This document shows positions 46,701 through 56,742 of a DNA stretch of 64,000 bases, one piece after another (positions within the stretch are counted from its first letter, which is position 1; each line of letters begins with the position of its first letter). Position numbers and translations under genes: made by a program. The DNA is taken from NCBI GenBank assembly GCA_965116905.1, contig OZ220732.1:160001-224000 (forward strand), read 5' to 3'. The DNA is from Longimicrobiales bacterium (lineage in GTDB: Bacteria; Gemmatimonadota; Gemmatimonadetes; Longimicrobiales; Gaopeijiaceae). Under the pieces are notes generated by a model. The model searched no databases, was not told the origin of the DNA, and worked only from the letters and a program-made list of their open reading frames with translations.

Positions 46701-46925
46701 ATGAAGATCCCGCGCTCCCACTACCTCCCCCGCACGCGCAACGGTCGGATCGCGACCGTAGCCTTCATCGTGGCGATGGCGCTGGCCCAGCCGCCGATCG
46801 TCCACGGCCTGGTCAACCGGACCGAGCCCTGGATCCTGGGGATGCCCTTCATCTTCGCGTACCTGCTCGCCGCGTACATGGTGGGCATTGCGGTTCTCAT
46901 CTGGGCGCACCGGAAGGGGCTGTAG
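46701..46925 (+). CDS. Small two-TM subunit associated with a sodium:solute symporter (DUF3311-like)
   Basis: NRTEPWILGMPF motif, abuts the symporter start. Confidence 0.75.
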   Translation: MKIPRSHYLPRTRNGRIATVAFIVAMALAQPPIVHGLVNRTEPWILGMPFIFAYLLAAYMVGIAVLIWAHRKGL

Positions 46926-48410
46926 ATGGAACCCTGGGTCGTCTCAACCGGGCTGATCTTCATCTACCTGATCGCGACCATCGTGATCGGGGTCCTGGCC
47001 AACCGGAAGGGCACGGCGAACATGGAGGACTTCTTCCTCTATGGACGCCAGGCCGGGTTCATCGTGCTGTACCTGACGGTGGTGGCCACGTTTCACTCCG
47101 CGTTCGCGTTTCTCGGCTCCGGCGGGTTCTTCTATACCCACGGGATCGGGTTCTGGATGGCGGGCACGTGGACCGTGCTGGTGGGCGCGATCACCTACAC
47201 GCTCGGGACGCGGATCTGGGTGCTGGGCAAGAAGTTCGGCCATATCACGCCCGCAGACCTGATCGCCGACTTCTACGAGAGCGAGACGGTGAGGGTGATC
47301 GTGGCGCTGGTGTCCGTAGTCTTCACCCTGATCTACATCCAGGTGCAGGCGCAGGGGCTGGGCATCATCCTGTCCGTCGCGACCGGGGACCGAATACCGT
47401 TCGCGTGGGCGTCGGGTCTGCTTCTGGTCGTGGCCGCCGGGTACCTCATGGTAGGGGGATTGAGGGCCGTCTACTGGACCGACGTCATCCAGGGGATCTG
47501 GATGTACATCGCCGTGTGGGCGGGAAGCCTGCTCCTGACCTACAAGCTCTTCGGCGGGCCCGTCGCACTCTGGCGGAGGCTGGCCGCCGAGCGTCCGGAC
47601 CTGCTCTCGCTGCCCGGCCCGGAGGGATTCTTCACGCCGGGGGTCTGGGTGGGCATGACCGTCGCGCTCTCCTTCGGGATCATCCTCCAGCCGCACATGA
47701 TGATCCGGTACTTCACGGCGGCGTCGGACAAGACCATGAAGCTGCTGGGCGCCACCACCCCGATCTACCTGATGACGCTCTTCATACCGGCCGCGTTCGT
47801 CGGCCTCGGCGGGGCGCTCATCCTGCCCGAGCTGGAGACGGCCGATCGCATCTTCCCGGAACTGCTGACCGCCTACGCTCCCGCGTGGCTCACCGGACTG
47901 ATCCTGGCCGGCGCGACGGCGGCCGCGATGTCCACCCTGGACTCGATTCTGCACTCCAACATGACCGTGCTGACGCGTGACGTGTACCAGCGCTACGTCG
48001 CCCGCGGCCGCAGCGACCGGCACTACCTTGCCTTCGGGCGCTGGCTGGTGGTAGCGCTGCTCGGCGTCGGCTGGGTGCTTACCGTGTACAACTTCGACTT
48101 CCTCGTGACGCTGGTGACGCTGTCCGGAGTGGGCGCGCTGCAGCTGCTGCCGGCTGTACTTGGTGTGTGCTATCCCGGACGCCGCCTCACGACCTCCGCA
48201 GGGGTGATCGCGGGAATCTGCACGGGCCTTCTCACCGTCTACCTGACCCAGGTGGTTTGGCCGCAACCCCTCGGCATCCATGCCGCGCTGTGGTCGCTGG
48301 TGGCCAACTTCGCGGTCACGGTTGGGGTGTCGCGCTTCACGCGCCCGCCATCGGACGCGACCGTCGAGAGGGTCCACGGCGAGGTGGAGCGCTTCGTGTA
48401 CGGCGACTGA
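46926..48410 (+). CDS. Sodium:solute symporter family protein
   Basis: DFFLYGR, ATFHSAFAFLG..G, GGLRAVYWTDVIQG, AAAMSTLDS; about 13 TM segments. Confidence 0.93.
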   Translation: MEPWVVSTGLIFIYLIATIVIGVLANRKGTANMEDFFLYGRQAGFIVLYLTVVATFHSAFAFLGSGGFFYTHGIGFWMAGTWTVLVGAITYTLGTRIWVLGKKFGHITPADLIADFYESETVRVIVALVSVVFTLIYIQVQAQGLGIILSVATGDRIPFAWASGLLLVVAAGYLMVGGLRAVYWTDVIQGIWMYIAVWAGSLLLTYKLFGGPVALWRRLAAERPDLLSLPGPEGFFTPGVWVGMTVALSFGIILQPHMMIRYFTAASDKTMKLLGATTPIYLMTLFIPAAFVGLGGALILPELETADRIFPELLTAYAPAWLTGLILAGATAAAMSTLDSILHSNMTVLTRDVYQRYVARGRSDRHYLAFGRWLVVALLGVGWVLTVYNFDFLVTLVTLSGVGALQLLPAVLGVCYPGRRLTTSAGVIAGICTGLLTVYLTQVVWPQPLGIHAALWSLVANFAVTVGVSRFTRPPSDATVERVHGEVERFVYGD

Positions 48411-48644
48411 GCCCGGCGCGTCAACCCGCGTCGACGCCCGGGACAGGGGCTTCGATCACCGAAAAATCCAACTCCGGCCCCGTCGTATCGCCGAACGGGG
48501 GCGCTTGACGGGCGCGCTGAGTCCCAAAAATCGAAATTTGGGCTCAAAATCGTATACACAAGCTTGCGCACTCTTGCGCACCGGAGGTGCAATCCCCATT
48601 TTCGCCCCGTTCCCCAACCAGTCCACTCCAAAGAGGAGAGAACC

Positions 48645-49016
48645 GTGGACAAGAATTGGGTAGTAGGATCCGTTGTCGCGGGCATCGCGATGTTCGTGGT
48701 CAACCTGATCCTGGGGGCGATCAATGTCGATCTGCTGTCTGCCTCCATGGGAGCCGCGTTCACCGCGAACTCGATCGTGGGTCACCTGTTCGCAGGTGCC
48801 GTACTCGCGACGGTGCTCGGCTGGAACGGGGCCAGCGACGCCGCTGGCGCGGGCAAGGCGGGAGCGACATTCGGTGTCCTCCTGGGCCTTGCCGGCCAGA
48901 TCGGTGGCATGGGCTTCGACGTCATGGGCCTCATCGGCGCCATTCTGACCGGCGCCATCGTCTACGGCGTCAGCGGTGCCGTCATGACAATGGCACCCAC
49001 GGGGGGGGGCGACTAA
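48645..49016 (+). CDS. Hypothetical small membrane protein
   Basis: GTG after AGAGGAG; four Gly/Ala-rich hydrophobic helices. Confidence 0.65.
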   Translation: MDKNWVVGSVVAGIAMFVVNLILGAINVDLLSASMGAAFTANSIVGHLFAGAVLATVLGWNGASDAAGAGKAGATFGVLLGLAGQIGGMGFDVMGLIGAILTGAIVYGVSGAVMTMAPTGGGD

Positions 49017-49026
49017 TTCATTCACG

Positions 49027-49054
49027 ACCTCAGGGCTGGAACCGGCCCTGAGGT
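49027..49054. terminator. Strong hairpin between convergent genes
   Basis: ACCTCAGGGCTGG-AA-CCGGCCCTGAGGT, 11 nt after the stop; no long U tract. Confidence 0.6.
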
Positions 49055-49161
49055 TCAACGACGACCGCTCTCTGAGCCGGACCGCCGCCACGGGTGCTAG
49101 GAGCCCCCGGGATGGCGGATGCGGAAGCCAGGTCCGCGATCGGCTCAGGGGGCGGTCGTGC

Positions 49162-50205
49162 TTATGCCAAGCCCTGCGAGGCGTCCAGTCGCCCGTCGAT
49201 GTCGTATCCGGCCGCGGCCCATCCGGATGCCTGCCGCCCGCGGTCGAAGGTCACGTCGATGCGGCCCAGGCGCATGCCGCCCCAGCCGACCTGGTTCACC
49301 ACCGTGAACCCCGGCCGATCCGTTCCGAAGACCACGGCTTCGTCGAGGAATGTGTGGGTGTGGCCGCCCAGGATCAGGTCGATCTCGGGCACCGCTTCCG
49401 CCATCGTCCGGTCACTCGGCCGGTTCGGATCTGCATAGGCATACCCGAGGTGTGACAGGCAGATCACCAGCGAACATCCCTGCTCCCGCAGCTCGCGGCA
49501 GGCGGTGCGCGCCGCCTGGACCGGGTCGGTGTACCGCACGCCTTCGTGCAGGCTGGCGAGCACGAGCTTCTCGAAAGCGATGCCCAGCCCGAAGATTCCC
49601 ACCTTGACACCGTCGAATTCTCGTACTGTGTATGGCCGGACGTGCCCGGCCAGCGCCGACGCGCTCACATCGTAGTTGGCCGAAACGAATTCGAAGTCCG
49701 CCTCGGGGAGCATCGACACGAGCCCGTCCACTCCGTTGTCGAAGTCGTGGTTGCCCAGGGTGGCGACGTCGTAGCCCATGGCGGTCATCGCGCGGAACTC
49801 GATCTCGCCGCCGAAAAAGTTGAAATAGGGCGTCCCCTGGAAGATGTCTCCCGAATCGAGGAGCAGGACGTGCTCGTTCGCCTCGCGCACCCGGCGAATC
49901 AGCGTGGCGCGCCGAGCCGCCCCTCCCAGTCCGGAGAAGGGGCCGCCGTCCATGGGGAAGGGGTCCATGCGAGAGTGCGTGTCGTTGGTGTGAAGGACGA
50001 CCAGGCGGAACTCGTCGTCGATCAGGGGACCGTAGCGGCGGGGGGTGCGGCTCGCCGCCCGCAGCGGCCGGGGTCCGGCCAGTCCCGCAATGCCGCCCGG
50101 ACCCGCGGCGCCGGCCAGACCGGTAGCGCCGGCCAGACCCGCGGCACCCGCCAGCCCCCAAGCCCCTCCCAGACCCAGCGAACGCACAAAATCGCGGCGT
50201 TTCAT
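49162..50205 (-). CDS. 5'-nucleotidase metallophosphoesterase domain protein (Tat signal)
   Basis: MKRRDFV; LHTNDTHS, DSGD.FQG, GNHDFD, LSHLG, GGHTH. Confidence 0.9.
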   Translation of the reverse strand: MKRRDFVRSLGLGGAWGLAGAAGLAGATGLAGAAGPGGIAGLAGPRPLRAASRTPRRYGPLIDDEFRLVVLHTNDTHSRMDPFPMDGGPFSGLGGAARRATLIRRVREANEHVLLLDSGDIFQGTPYFNFFGGEIEFRAMTAMGYDVATLGNHDFDNGVDGLVSMLPEADFEFVSANYDVSASALAGHVRPYTVREFDGVKVGIFGLGIAFEKLVLASLHEGVRYTDPVQAARTACRELREQGCSLVICLSHLGYAYADPNRPSDRTMAEAVPEIDLILGGHTHTFLDEAVVFGTDRPGFTVVNQVGWGGMRLGRIDVTFDRGRQASGWAAAGYDIDGRLDASQGLA

Positions 50206-51017
50206 CGAGTGCACTCCTCGTGTTCACTGTCCGCCGCACGGCGGACGCGTCCGTCCAGCGCGGGAGTCACGGTGTCGCGCTCGCGGAGGTATGCGACGAG
50301 GACATCCCGGATCAGCACGTCCAGGTCCTCGCGCCCCTGGGCGCCCGCCTCCCACAACACGGTCCAGGTGCCGCCCCCGTCCGCCAGGTAGTCGACGGTG
50401 GCAAGGCGGTAGGTGCGCTCCGGATCGATGGGCTGTCCACCCACCCGCACGTTCACGGCGTCGGCGCCGCTCAGCTCCATCGTCCAGCCCGCGACGGGTT
50501 CGCCACAGCTCTGCGCGACCTCGTCCGCCAGGCGCTCCAGCTGGGATCCCGACAGTGAGAGTACGGTGACGTAGTTCTCGAAGGGCAGCAGTTCGTATGC
50601 GTGCCGCATCAGGATCGGGCCCTCGGCGAGGGGAACCCTCAGGCCGCCGTCGTTGAGAAGAGCCATGTGTACCGGCTCGCCGGCGAGGTCCTGCGCGACA
50701 TCGAGCAGCGCGTCGGCAACAAGGTTCTCCAGCGTGCCCTCGGGGTCGGCCTTCCGGAAGCCCCCCGAAGCGTGTGCGAGCACCTCGGCGAGCTGCTGTC
50801 CCAGCCGGTCCCGGTACGGGGCGATCAGCGCCTCGATGTCGGCAGCCGGTTCGAAGCTCTCGTCAACCACCGTGAAGTCGACCGGGGCCCCGGTGACCGG
50901 AAGAACGCCCGGGGGCGATTCGGGCGCGCGGTCGGCTACGGTGCAGCCGCCAGGGATGGTGACGGCGGCCCCCAGGATGGTGGCGGCTGCGAGCATCGGC
51001 GGGATCGATTTCGGCAT
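50202..51017 (-). CDS. 5'-nucleotidase C-terminal domain lipoprotein
   Basis: IPGGC lipobox-like; LENLVADA, NDGGLR, LLPFEN, YRLATVDYLADGG, DGR. Confidence 0.88.
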   Translation of the reverse strand: MPKSIPPMLAAATILGAAVTIPGGCTVADRAPESPPGVLPVTGAPVDFTVVDESFEPAADIEALIAPYRDRLGQQLAEVLAHASGGFRKADPEGTLENLVADALLDVAQDLAGEPVHMALLNDGGLRVPLAEGPILMRHAYELLPFENYVTVLSLSGSQLERLADEVAQSCGEPVAGWTMELSGADAVNVRVGGQPIDPERTYRLATVDYLADGGGTWTVLWEAGAQGREDLDVLIRDVLVAYLRERDTVTPALDGRVRRAADSEHEECTR

Positions 51018-51130
51018 GAGGATGCTGAACATCGCGTCATCGGGAGTTGCGCGCCACGGCGGATCCCGCATCGTTGCACAACACCCGGTGTCACCGTCAT
51101 CACTCCTCTCTACCCACACGAGCTACTCCC

Positions 51131-52315
51131 ATGTCCCTTGCCCACTCGCTTGACGGCGTTCGCGTCCTCGATCTCTCCCGTCTCCTGCCGGGACCCTTCC
51201 TCACGATGGTCCTCGCCGACCTCGGCGCCGACGTGGTCAAGGTCGAGGAGCCCCGCGTGGGCGACTACATGCGCGACTTCCCCCCGCGTGGCGAAGGCAT
51301 GTCGGGCCGCTACCTGACGGTCAACCGCAACAAGCGGTCGGTGACGATGGACCTGAAGGACGATCTGGAGCGCGAGCGATTCCTGCGCATGGCCGCCCAG
51401 GCCGATGTCGTCGTCGAGAGCTTCCGGCCGGGCGTGATGGATCGGCTCGGGGTCGGCTACGAGGAGCTGCGCGAGCGCAACGCCGCCATCGTCCTGTGCT
51501 CCATCTCGGGCTACGGACAGACGGGGCCGTACCGGGACCGCGCCGGCCACGACATCAACTACCTGGCGCTGGCGGGCGTGCTCGCGATGAGCGGCGCGGC
51601 GCCCGGTGGCCCGCCCGGGATGGCGGGCGTGCAGATCGCGGACATGGCGGGTGGTGCGATGTGGGGTGCGATCGGCATCCTCGCCGCGCTGATCGAGCGG
51701 GACCGCACGGGGGTGGGGACCCACCTGGACATCTCCATGACCGAAGGCGCCCTGGCGCTCCTGGCCAGCGAGTTCGGGATCCTCGATGCGGAACCCGAGG
51801 TCCCCACGCGGGGCACCGGCCTCCTCAACGGTGGTGCGGCGCGCTACGGCGTCTACCGGACCAGCGACGGCAAGTACCTGAGCGTGGGGGCGCTGGAGCC
51901 GCAGTTTCTCGCCCGGTTGGCCGCTGCGGCGGGGCTGGAGCTGCCGCGCGGGCCCGAAGCCGCAGCGGCGCACGCCGCAGGGGCGCCGGGCGAAGACGAG
52001 TTCCGCCGCCAGCTCACAAGGGTCATCGCGTCGAAGACACGCGACGAATGGGTACGCGTGCTCGCGGACTACGATTGCTGCTGCGAGCCCGTGCTGGAGC
52101 TGGACGAGGTAGCCGACCACCCCCTGCACCGCGAGCGCGGGCTCTTCTTTGAAATCGGGGATAGCGGGGTGCCCGGGGCACTGCAGGTGCGTACGCCTCT
52201 CGGCATGCCCGCTGCCCGCCGTCCGGCCCCGGCCCTGGGCGAGCACGACGACGAGGTGTTTGAGGAGTATGGGGTGCCTGCGATACAGACGTCGTCCCGT
52301 CAATCGGGACGGTGA
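51131..52315 (+). CDS. CaiB/BaiF (family III) CoA transferase
   Basis: [46 protein letters not shown]. Confidence 0.93.
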   Translation: MSLAHSLDGVRVLDLSRLLPGPFLTMVLADLGADVVKVEEPRVGDYMRDFPPRGEGMSGRYLTVNRNKRSVTMDLKDDLERERFLRMAAQADVVVESFRPGVMDRLGVGYEELRERNAAIVLCSISGYGQTGPYRDRAGHDINYLALAGVLAMSGAAPGGPPGMAGVQIADMAGGAMWGAIGILAALIERDRTGVGTHLDISMTEGALALLASEFGILDAEPEVPTRGTGLLNGGAARYGVYRTSDGKYLSVGALEPQFLARLAAAAGLELPRGPEAAAAHAAGAPGEDEFRRQLTRVIASKTRDEWVRVLADYDCCCEPVLELDEVADHPLHRERGLFFEIGDSGVPGALQVRTPLGMPAARRPAPALGEHDDEVFEEYGVPAIQTSSRQSGR

Positions 52316-52333
52316 ACCGGGCCAGAGTGCGGC

Positions 52334-53461
52334 CTATCCCCCCCACACCTCCTCGAACACCCGCAGGTAGTTCTCGCCCAGGAACTTGAGGATCACCTCG
52401 TCCGAGTGGCCGCGCGCGGCCAGCGCCTCCGTCAGGCGGGGCAGCTTCGAGATGTCCTCGAGGCCGGCCGGGGCCATCTCCTGGCCGTAGTGATCGCTGC
52501 CCAGCCCGATGTGGTCGGGTCCCATCACCTCCAGCGCCGTCTCGATGTCCTGCACGACGCTGTCGAGATCACGGTGCGCCACATGGATGAGGCCGAGGAC
52601 GCCGCCGTTCGCCGCCAGCGCATCCAGCATCCAGCGGTCGCGGGGCAGTTCGAGGCGCGGGCGGGGCAGCTTGCCGTCCAGCAGATCCTGCGCCTCGGGC
52701 GCCGTGTCGGGGAACATGGTGGGCGTGGTGTGCGAGAGGATGACGGGATTGCGGGTGATCTCGAGGATCTCGCTGAAGCCGGCTTCGCCGATGTGCACCA
52801 GGTCGATCACGATCCCGAGCGCGTCCATCCGCCGGACGACCTCCTCGCCGAGCGCGGTCAGGCCGCCGCGCCGGTCCGCCGCCCAGCAGCCGTCGGCGAA
52901 GATGTTGCGGCGGGTGTGGGTCAGGCTCCCCGAGCGCAAGCCCAGGCGATAGTACAGGTCGAGGAAGCGCGGATCGGTGCCCAGAGCCTCGCAACCCTCG
53001 AAAGTGAGGACCAGCGCGACCTTCCCCTCCTCCTTGGCGCGGCGGATGTCCCGGACCGTCGTGGCCAGCAGCAGTTCGTCGTGGCGGCCTATCTGGTCGT
53101 GCAGATTCCACACCATTTCCATGCCTCGCCGAACCGGGTCGCGCAGCCAGTCGTCGTCGAGGTAGATCGCGCAGAGCTGGGCGGTGACGCCACCCTCGCG
53201 CCAGCGCGGCAGATCGTACTGGCCCATGGGACCGAACCAGACCGTGTGGGCACCCATGCCGAAGCGGACGAGGGGGTTGTGCTCCAGCCCCGGCGGCGGC
53301 TCCCAGTCGAGACCGGGCACCTCGACGCGGTCGCCGAGGCTCATCTTGCCCTCCGTGACTGGAATCAGGATGTCGCTGTGACCGTCTACGACGATGGCGC
53401 GGCGGTGGAGGTCGCGAGCCGCAGCGGCCGGGCGCCCCTCGGACGGATTCTCGCCGGTCAT
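52334..53461 (-). CDS. Membrane dipeptidase family (M19)
   Basis: DGHSD, FEG, GLT..G..VV, IDL.H, SHT, IGLGSD, LGEN.LRV. Confidence 0.9.
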   Translation of the reverse strand: MTGENPSEGRPAAAARDLHRRAIVVDGHSDILIPVTEGKMSLGDRVEVPGLDWEPPPGLEHNPLVRFGMGAHTVWFGPMGQYDLPRWREGGVTAQLCAIYLDDDWLRDPVRRGMEMVWNLHDQIGRHDELLLATTVRDIRRAKEEGKVALVLTFEGCEALGTDPRFLDLYYRLGLRSGSLTHTRRNIFADGCWAADRRGGLTALGEEVVRRMDALGIVIDLVHIGEAGFSEILEITRNPVILSHTTPTMFPDTAPEAQDLLDGKLPRPRLELPRDRWMLDALAANGGVLGLIHVAHRDLDSVVQDIETALEVMGPDHIGLGSDHYGQEMAPAGLEDISKLPRLTEALAARGHSDEVILKFLGENYLRVFEEVWGG

Positions 53462-55278
53462 CAGGCGCCCCCCGAGCCCGGCAGTCCGCCTTCCACCACC
53501 GGCAGTTCGATACGTGACCCGTCCGCGCCGCCCCGGTACACCGTCAGGGTGGCATCGCCGTCGGCAGGCACCGCGTCGAACATGCCGGCGTCGGCACCCG
53601 CGATCGCGACCCGGATGCGGTGACCCGCGCGGACCAGTGTGGCGATGGGCCAGAGCCGGAAGCTCACCGTCGCGGCCTCGCCGGGCGGCATGGGCTCGGC
53701 GTCGGCGCGCGCGAAGGAGTGGTATGGCTCCTCACCCTCGAAATACGGGTTGGGCACGGCCTTGCGGTGGATCAGCCGCAACCCTCCCTCGGTCACGTAG
53801 CGGCTCCGGCCCTCCGGATCGACATCTTCCAGGTAGACGAAGAGCGCGCCGTCCTCCCGGTCCGACGCGAGCTTCAGCGTGATCACCGGATAGCCGGCAA
53901 TCTGCAGGTCGGATTCGAGCGGCTCGGTGGTATAGGTGAGCATGCGGGCGTCCATGTCGGCGCGGTCGTCCAGGTTGAGGATCGGGGTGCCCATCTGGGC
54001 CATCCAGCGGTTGTCGGAGCCGGTGGTGACTTCCGGATCGACGGCATATTCGTCGCTGCCTTCCGTCACGGCCTCCGAATCTCCGGTCAGGCGCGCGCCC
54101 GAGTCCATGAACAGGGCTGTGGTGACGGTTCCCGCCGGCGGCCAGACCTCGGTGTCGTGGTACGCCTCCTCGCCCAGGTTGAAGAAGCGCATGGCCGGCC
54201 AATCGTCCACGCCGTTGTCGTCGCCCTTCAGGTGGTGGTCGAAGAAGAGGCGCCGCAACTCCATCTGTTCGTCCACCGAGGGTTGGGGCGGCAGAGGCGC
54301 TGCCCCCACGGAATAGGGGCTGGCGCTGTAGCCCCCGCCGTGCGTGGAGGCCAGGATGAGCACCTTCTGGGGATTCGAGAAGTGCCGGAAGCGCAGCAGC
54401 GTGCCGTCAGCGGTGCCCGCGTCCATCCAGCTGACCAGGACCAGCATCGGCACACCCGACGCCTCGATCTCGGCCTTCCAGTGGATCGGGCCGATCTCGG
54501 CCCACGCCTGGTCCCCGCCGACCACGTCGTCCCGGTACTCCGTGGCCAACACCGCCTGGAACACGTCGGGATTGGCCGCGTGTTCGGCCACGGCTGCCGC
54601 AAGCATCGAGCCGTCCTCGTCCTCGTCGACACGGGCCACGCCGGCGCCGATCACTTCCACGTTGTTGTCGTCCATGTGACCCACCAGATCGCCCCACGTC
54701 TCGATGAAGCCCCGGGCCAGCAGGCCGTAAGGACGAATCGGGCTGGGATAGGCGTCGAAGTCCGACCACCCCGGAATCACGGCCTTCACGGCGGGGTGAT
54801 TCACGGCCGCAAGCAGCTCGGCGGTGGTGCCCGTGTACGAGGTTCCGTAGGCACCCACCGTCCCGTCCGACCATTGCCTCGACACCACCCACTCCACCAC
54901 ATCGTGCGCGTCGAGGACTTCCTGGCGCCCGTACTCCACAGGCCGCGTGCCGAAAGAGGCGCCGCTGCCGCGCGCGTCCACCTTGACCAGCGCGTAGCCG
55001 TGCTCGAGGAAATGGCGATCCAGGCCCGAAAGCGTGTTGATGCGCTCGCCCGTCTCGGGATCCTCCAGGCCGCGGCGATAACGGGTCAGCGTGAGGAGGG
55101 CGGGATACGGCGGCTCGTGATCCTCCGCCGGGAGATAGACGTCGGCGGCGAGCCGCGGACCGTCGGCCGCGGTCAGGTAGTGAGCGGAAACATCCGGTCC
55201 GGGTGCGCTCTGCGCGGCGGGATCGCAGGCGAGGAGGGCGACGGTGAGGGCCGCCGCGGCCAGGCGGGCGATCCTCAC
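53461..55278 (-). CDS. CocE/NonD family hydrolase (lipoprotein)
   Basis: LLAC lipobox; DG.RLAADVYLP, DARGSGASFG, WSDG.VG.YGTSY; GTGA overlap. Confidence 0.9.
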   Translation of the reverse strand: MRIARLAAAALTVALLACDPAAQSAPGPDVSAHYLTAADGPRLAADVYLPAEDHEPPYPALLTLTRYRRGLEDPETGERINTLSGLDRHFLEHGYALVKVDARGSGASFGTRPVEYGRQEVLDAHDVVEWVVSRQWSDGTVGAYGTSYTGTTAELLAAVNHPAVKAVIPGWSDFDAYPSPIRPYGLLARGFIETWGDLVGHMDDNNVEVIGAGVARVDEDEDGSMLAAAVAEHAANPDVFQAVLATEYRDDVVGGDQAWAEIGPIHWKAEIEASGVPMLVLVSWMDAGTADGTLLRFRHFSNPQKVLILASTHGGGYSASPYSVGAAPLPPQPSVDEQMELRRLFFDHHLKGDDNGVDDWPAMRFFNLGEEAYHDTEVWPPAGTVTTALFMDSGARLTGDSEAVTEGSDEYAVDPEVTTGSDNRWMAQMGTPILNLDDRADMDARMLTYTTEPLESDLQIAGYPVITLKLASDREDGALFVYLEDVDPEGRSRYVTEGGLRLIHRKAVPNPYFEGEEPYHSFARADAEPMPPGEAATVSFRLWPIATLVRAGHRIRVAIAGADAGMFDAVPADGDATLTVYRGGADGSRIELPVVEGGLPGSGGA

Positions 55279-56702
55279 TCCGGCACCTTCATCGAACTGA
55301 TGATCGGCGCGACCGGCAGCGCATCCAGGTCCACCACCTTCCCCTCCTTGATCACCATGTGGATCTCGCGGTAGTTGTACGCGCTCTCGAGCGGATTGGC
55401 GTCGAGGATCACGATGTCGGCCCACCGGCCCGGCTGCAGCGTCCCAATCTCATCCTCCAGCCGGTACGCGCTCGCCACATTGCTCGTGGTCGACTTGAGC
55501 ACCTCCATCGGGTCCATCCCCAACTCCTCCAGGCCCACCAGGGCATTGAAGTGCCCCTCGCCCAGCTTGACGCGCGAATCGACCGTATCGGACGCCAGGG
55601 TCGCGGACTCCGCCAGCAGCACCGGATTCTGGATCCCTGCGTCGGTGGACATCAGCAGCTTCGCGCCCGCCTTGATCATGTTGGCCCGGTTGATCGCGCC
55701 GATCTTCATGTAGGGCGTGAGCCCCGCGGGGCTGTGCGCCTCCAGCGCCGCCAGACGCCGCGCCGTGATCGGCAGGACCGAACACGCAATGCCGCGGTCG
55801 ACCATCTTCCGGATCGATTCCATCGGGATCGGAATCTCGGGCCCGGAGATACCGCAGTGCGTGATGATGTCCACCCCTGCCTCGATCGCCATGTCGAAGC
55901 TCTCGACCGAGGTCGTGTGGGTCTGCACGGTCATGCCGGCGCGGTGGCCCTCCTCGACGATCACGCGCTGCACGCGCTCCGAGAACGAGATCAGGTTCAT
56001 GTCGACGTGACCGCTGGCGCCGTACTTGAGGAAGTCCATCCCCAGCGTCGTGTAGTTGCGGATCACGTCGGCCACCGAATCGGGGGTCATCCACAGCAGT
56101 TCGCGCCCCGTCTTCTCTTCCCAGGTGTCGTTGATCCGCTTGACGAAGGCCTGGCTCACGTACGGCGCGTGCGACTCGCGGAAGTCCGGTCCCAGCGGTC
56201 CGCTGAACCCAATGATGTTGCCGGCGATGTACATCCGGCTGCCCGGCGCCTCGCCCGCGTTGATCATGTCGCGCGCCTTCCCGAGGGCCGCGCGCGGTCC
56301 CCAGGTGTCGAAGACGGTGGTCTGTCCGGTCTTCAGGGTGATCTGGGCCGCCTCGAGCACGATCTCGTGGAGCCGGTGCTCATGCAGGATGAGCGTCTCG
56401 AGGTCGAGGTTGAGGAAGAGATGGAGGTTGCCGTCCATCAGCCCGGGGATGACGTACTTGCCCCCGGCATCGATCGTGGTCGCGCCCGCGGGGACAGGGG
56501 TCGAGGCGGCGGACCCGGCGGCGGTGATGCGCCCATCGGTGAACACGACCACGCCGTCTGCGATCGGCGCGGCCCCCGTGCCGTCGATCACGGTGCCGCC
56601 GGTGACGGCGACGGTCTGGGCGGCGGCGGCCGGGGCGAGCGCGGCGGGGGCGAGCGCGACGGTGAGAAACAGGGCAAGCGCGTTGGCTCGGTGGGTGGAC
56701 AT
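55275..56702 (-). CDS. Secreted amidohydrolase family protein
   Basis: Signal peptide; VIDGTG, PGLMDGNLH, TDAG, GTLQPG..ADIVILDANP. Confidence 0.88.
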   Translation of the reverse strand: MSTHRANALALFLTVALAPAALAPAAAAQTVAVTGGTVIDGTGAAPIADGVVVFTDGRITAAGSAASTPVPAGATTIDAGGKYVIPGLMDGNLHLFLNLDLETLILHEHRLHEIVLEAAQITLKTGQTTVFDTWGPRAALGKARDMINAGEAPGSRMYIAGNIIGFSGPLGPDFRESHAPYVSQAFVKRINDTWEEKTGRELLWMTPDSVADVIRNYTTLGMDFLKYGASGHVDMNLISFSERVQRVIVEEGHRAGMTVQTHTTSVESFDMAIEAGVDIITHCGISGPEIPIPMESIRKMVDRGIACSVLPITARRLAALEAHSPAGLTPYMKIGAINRANMIKAGAKLLMSTDAGIQNPVLLAESATLASDTVDSRVKLGEGHFNALVGLEELGMDPMEVLKSTTSNVASAYRLEDEIGTLQPGRWADIVILDANPLESAYNYREIHMVIKEGKVVDLDALPVAPIISSMKVPE

Positions 56703-56742
56703 GGCTGACTCCTTGTGGTCCTTCGGTACCTTCGGTTTTCCC

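Noticed and set aside
48411..48644. Possible riboswitch or ncRNA in the intergenic region (TGAGTCCCAAA/TTTGGGCTCA hairpin, CTTGCGCAC x2)
   Set aside because: No recognisable aptamer consensus or expression platform; needs an Rfam search to say more
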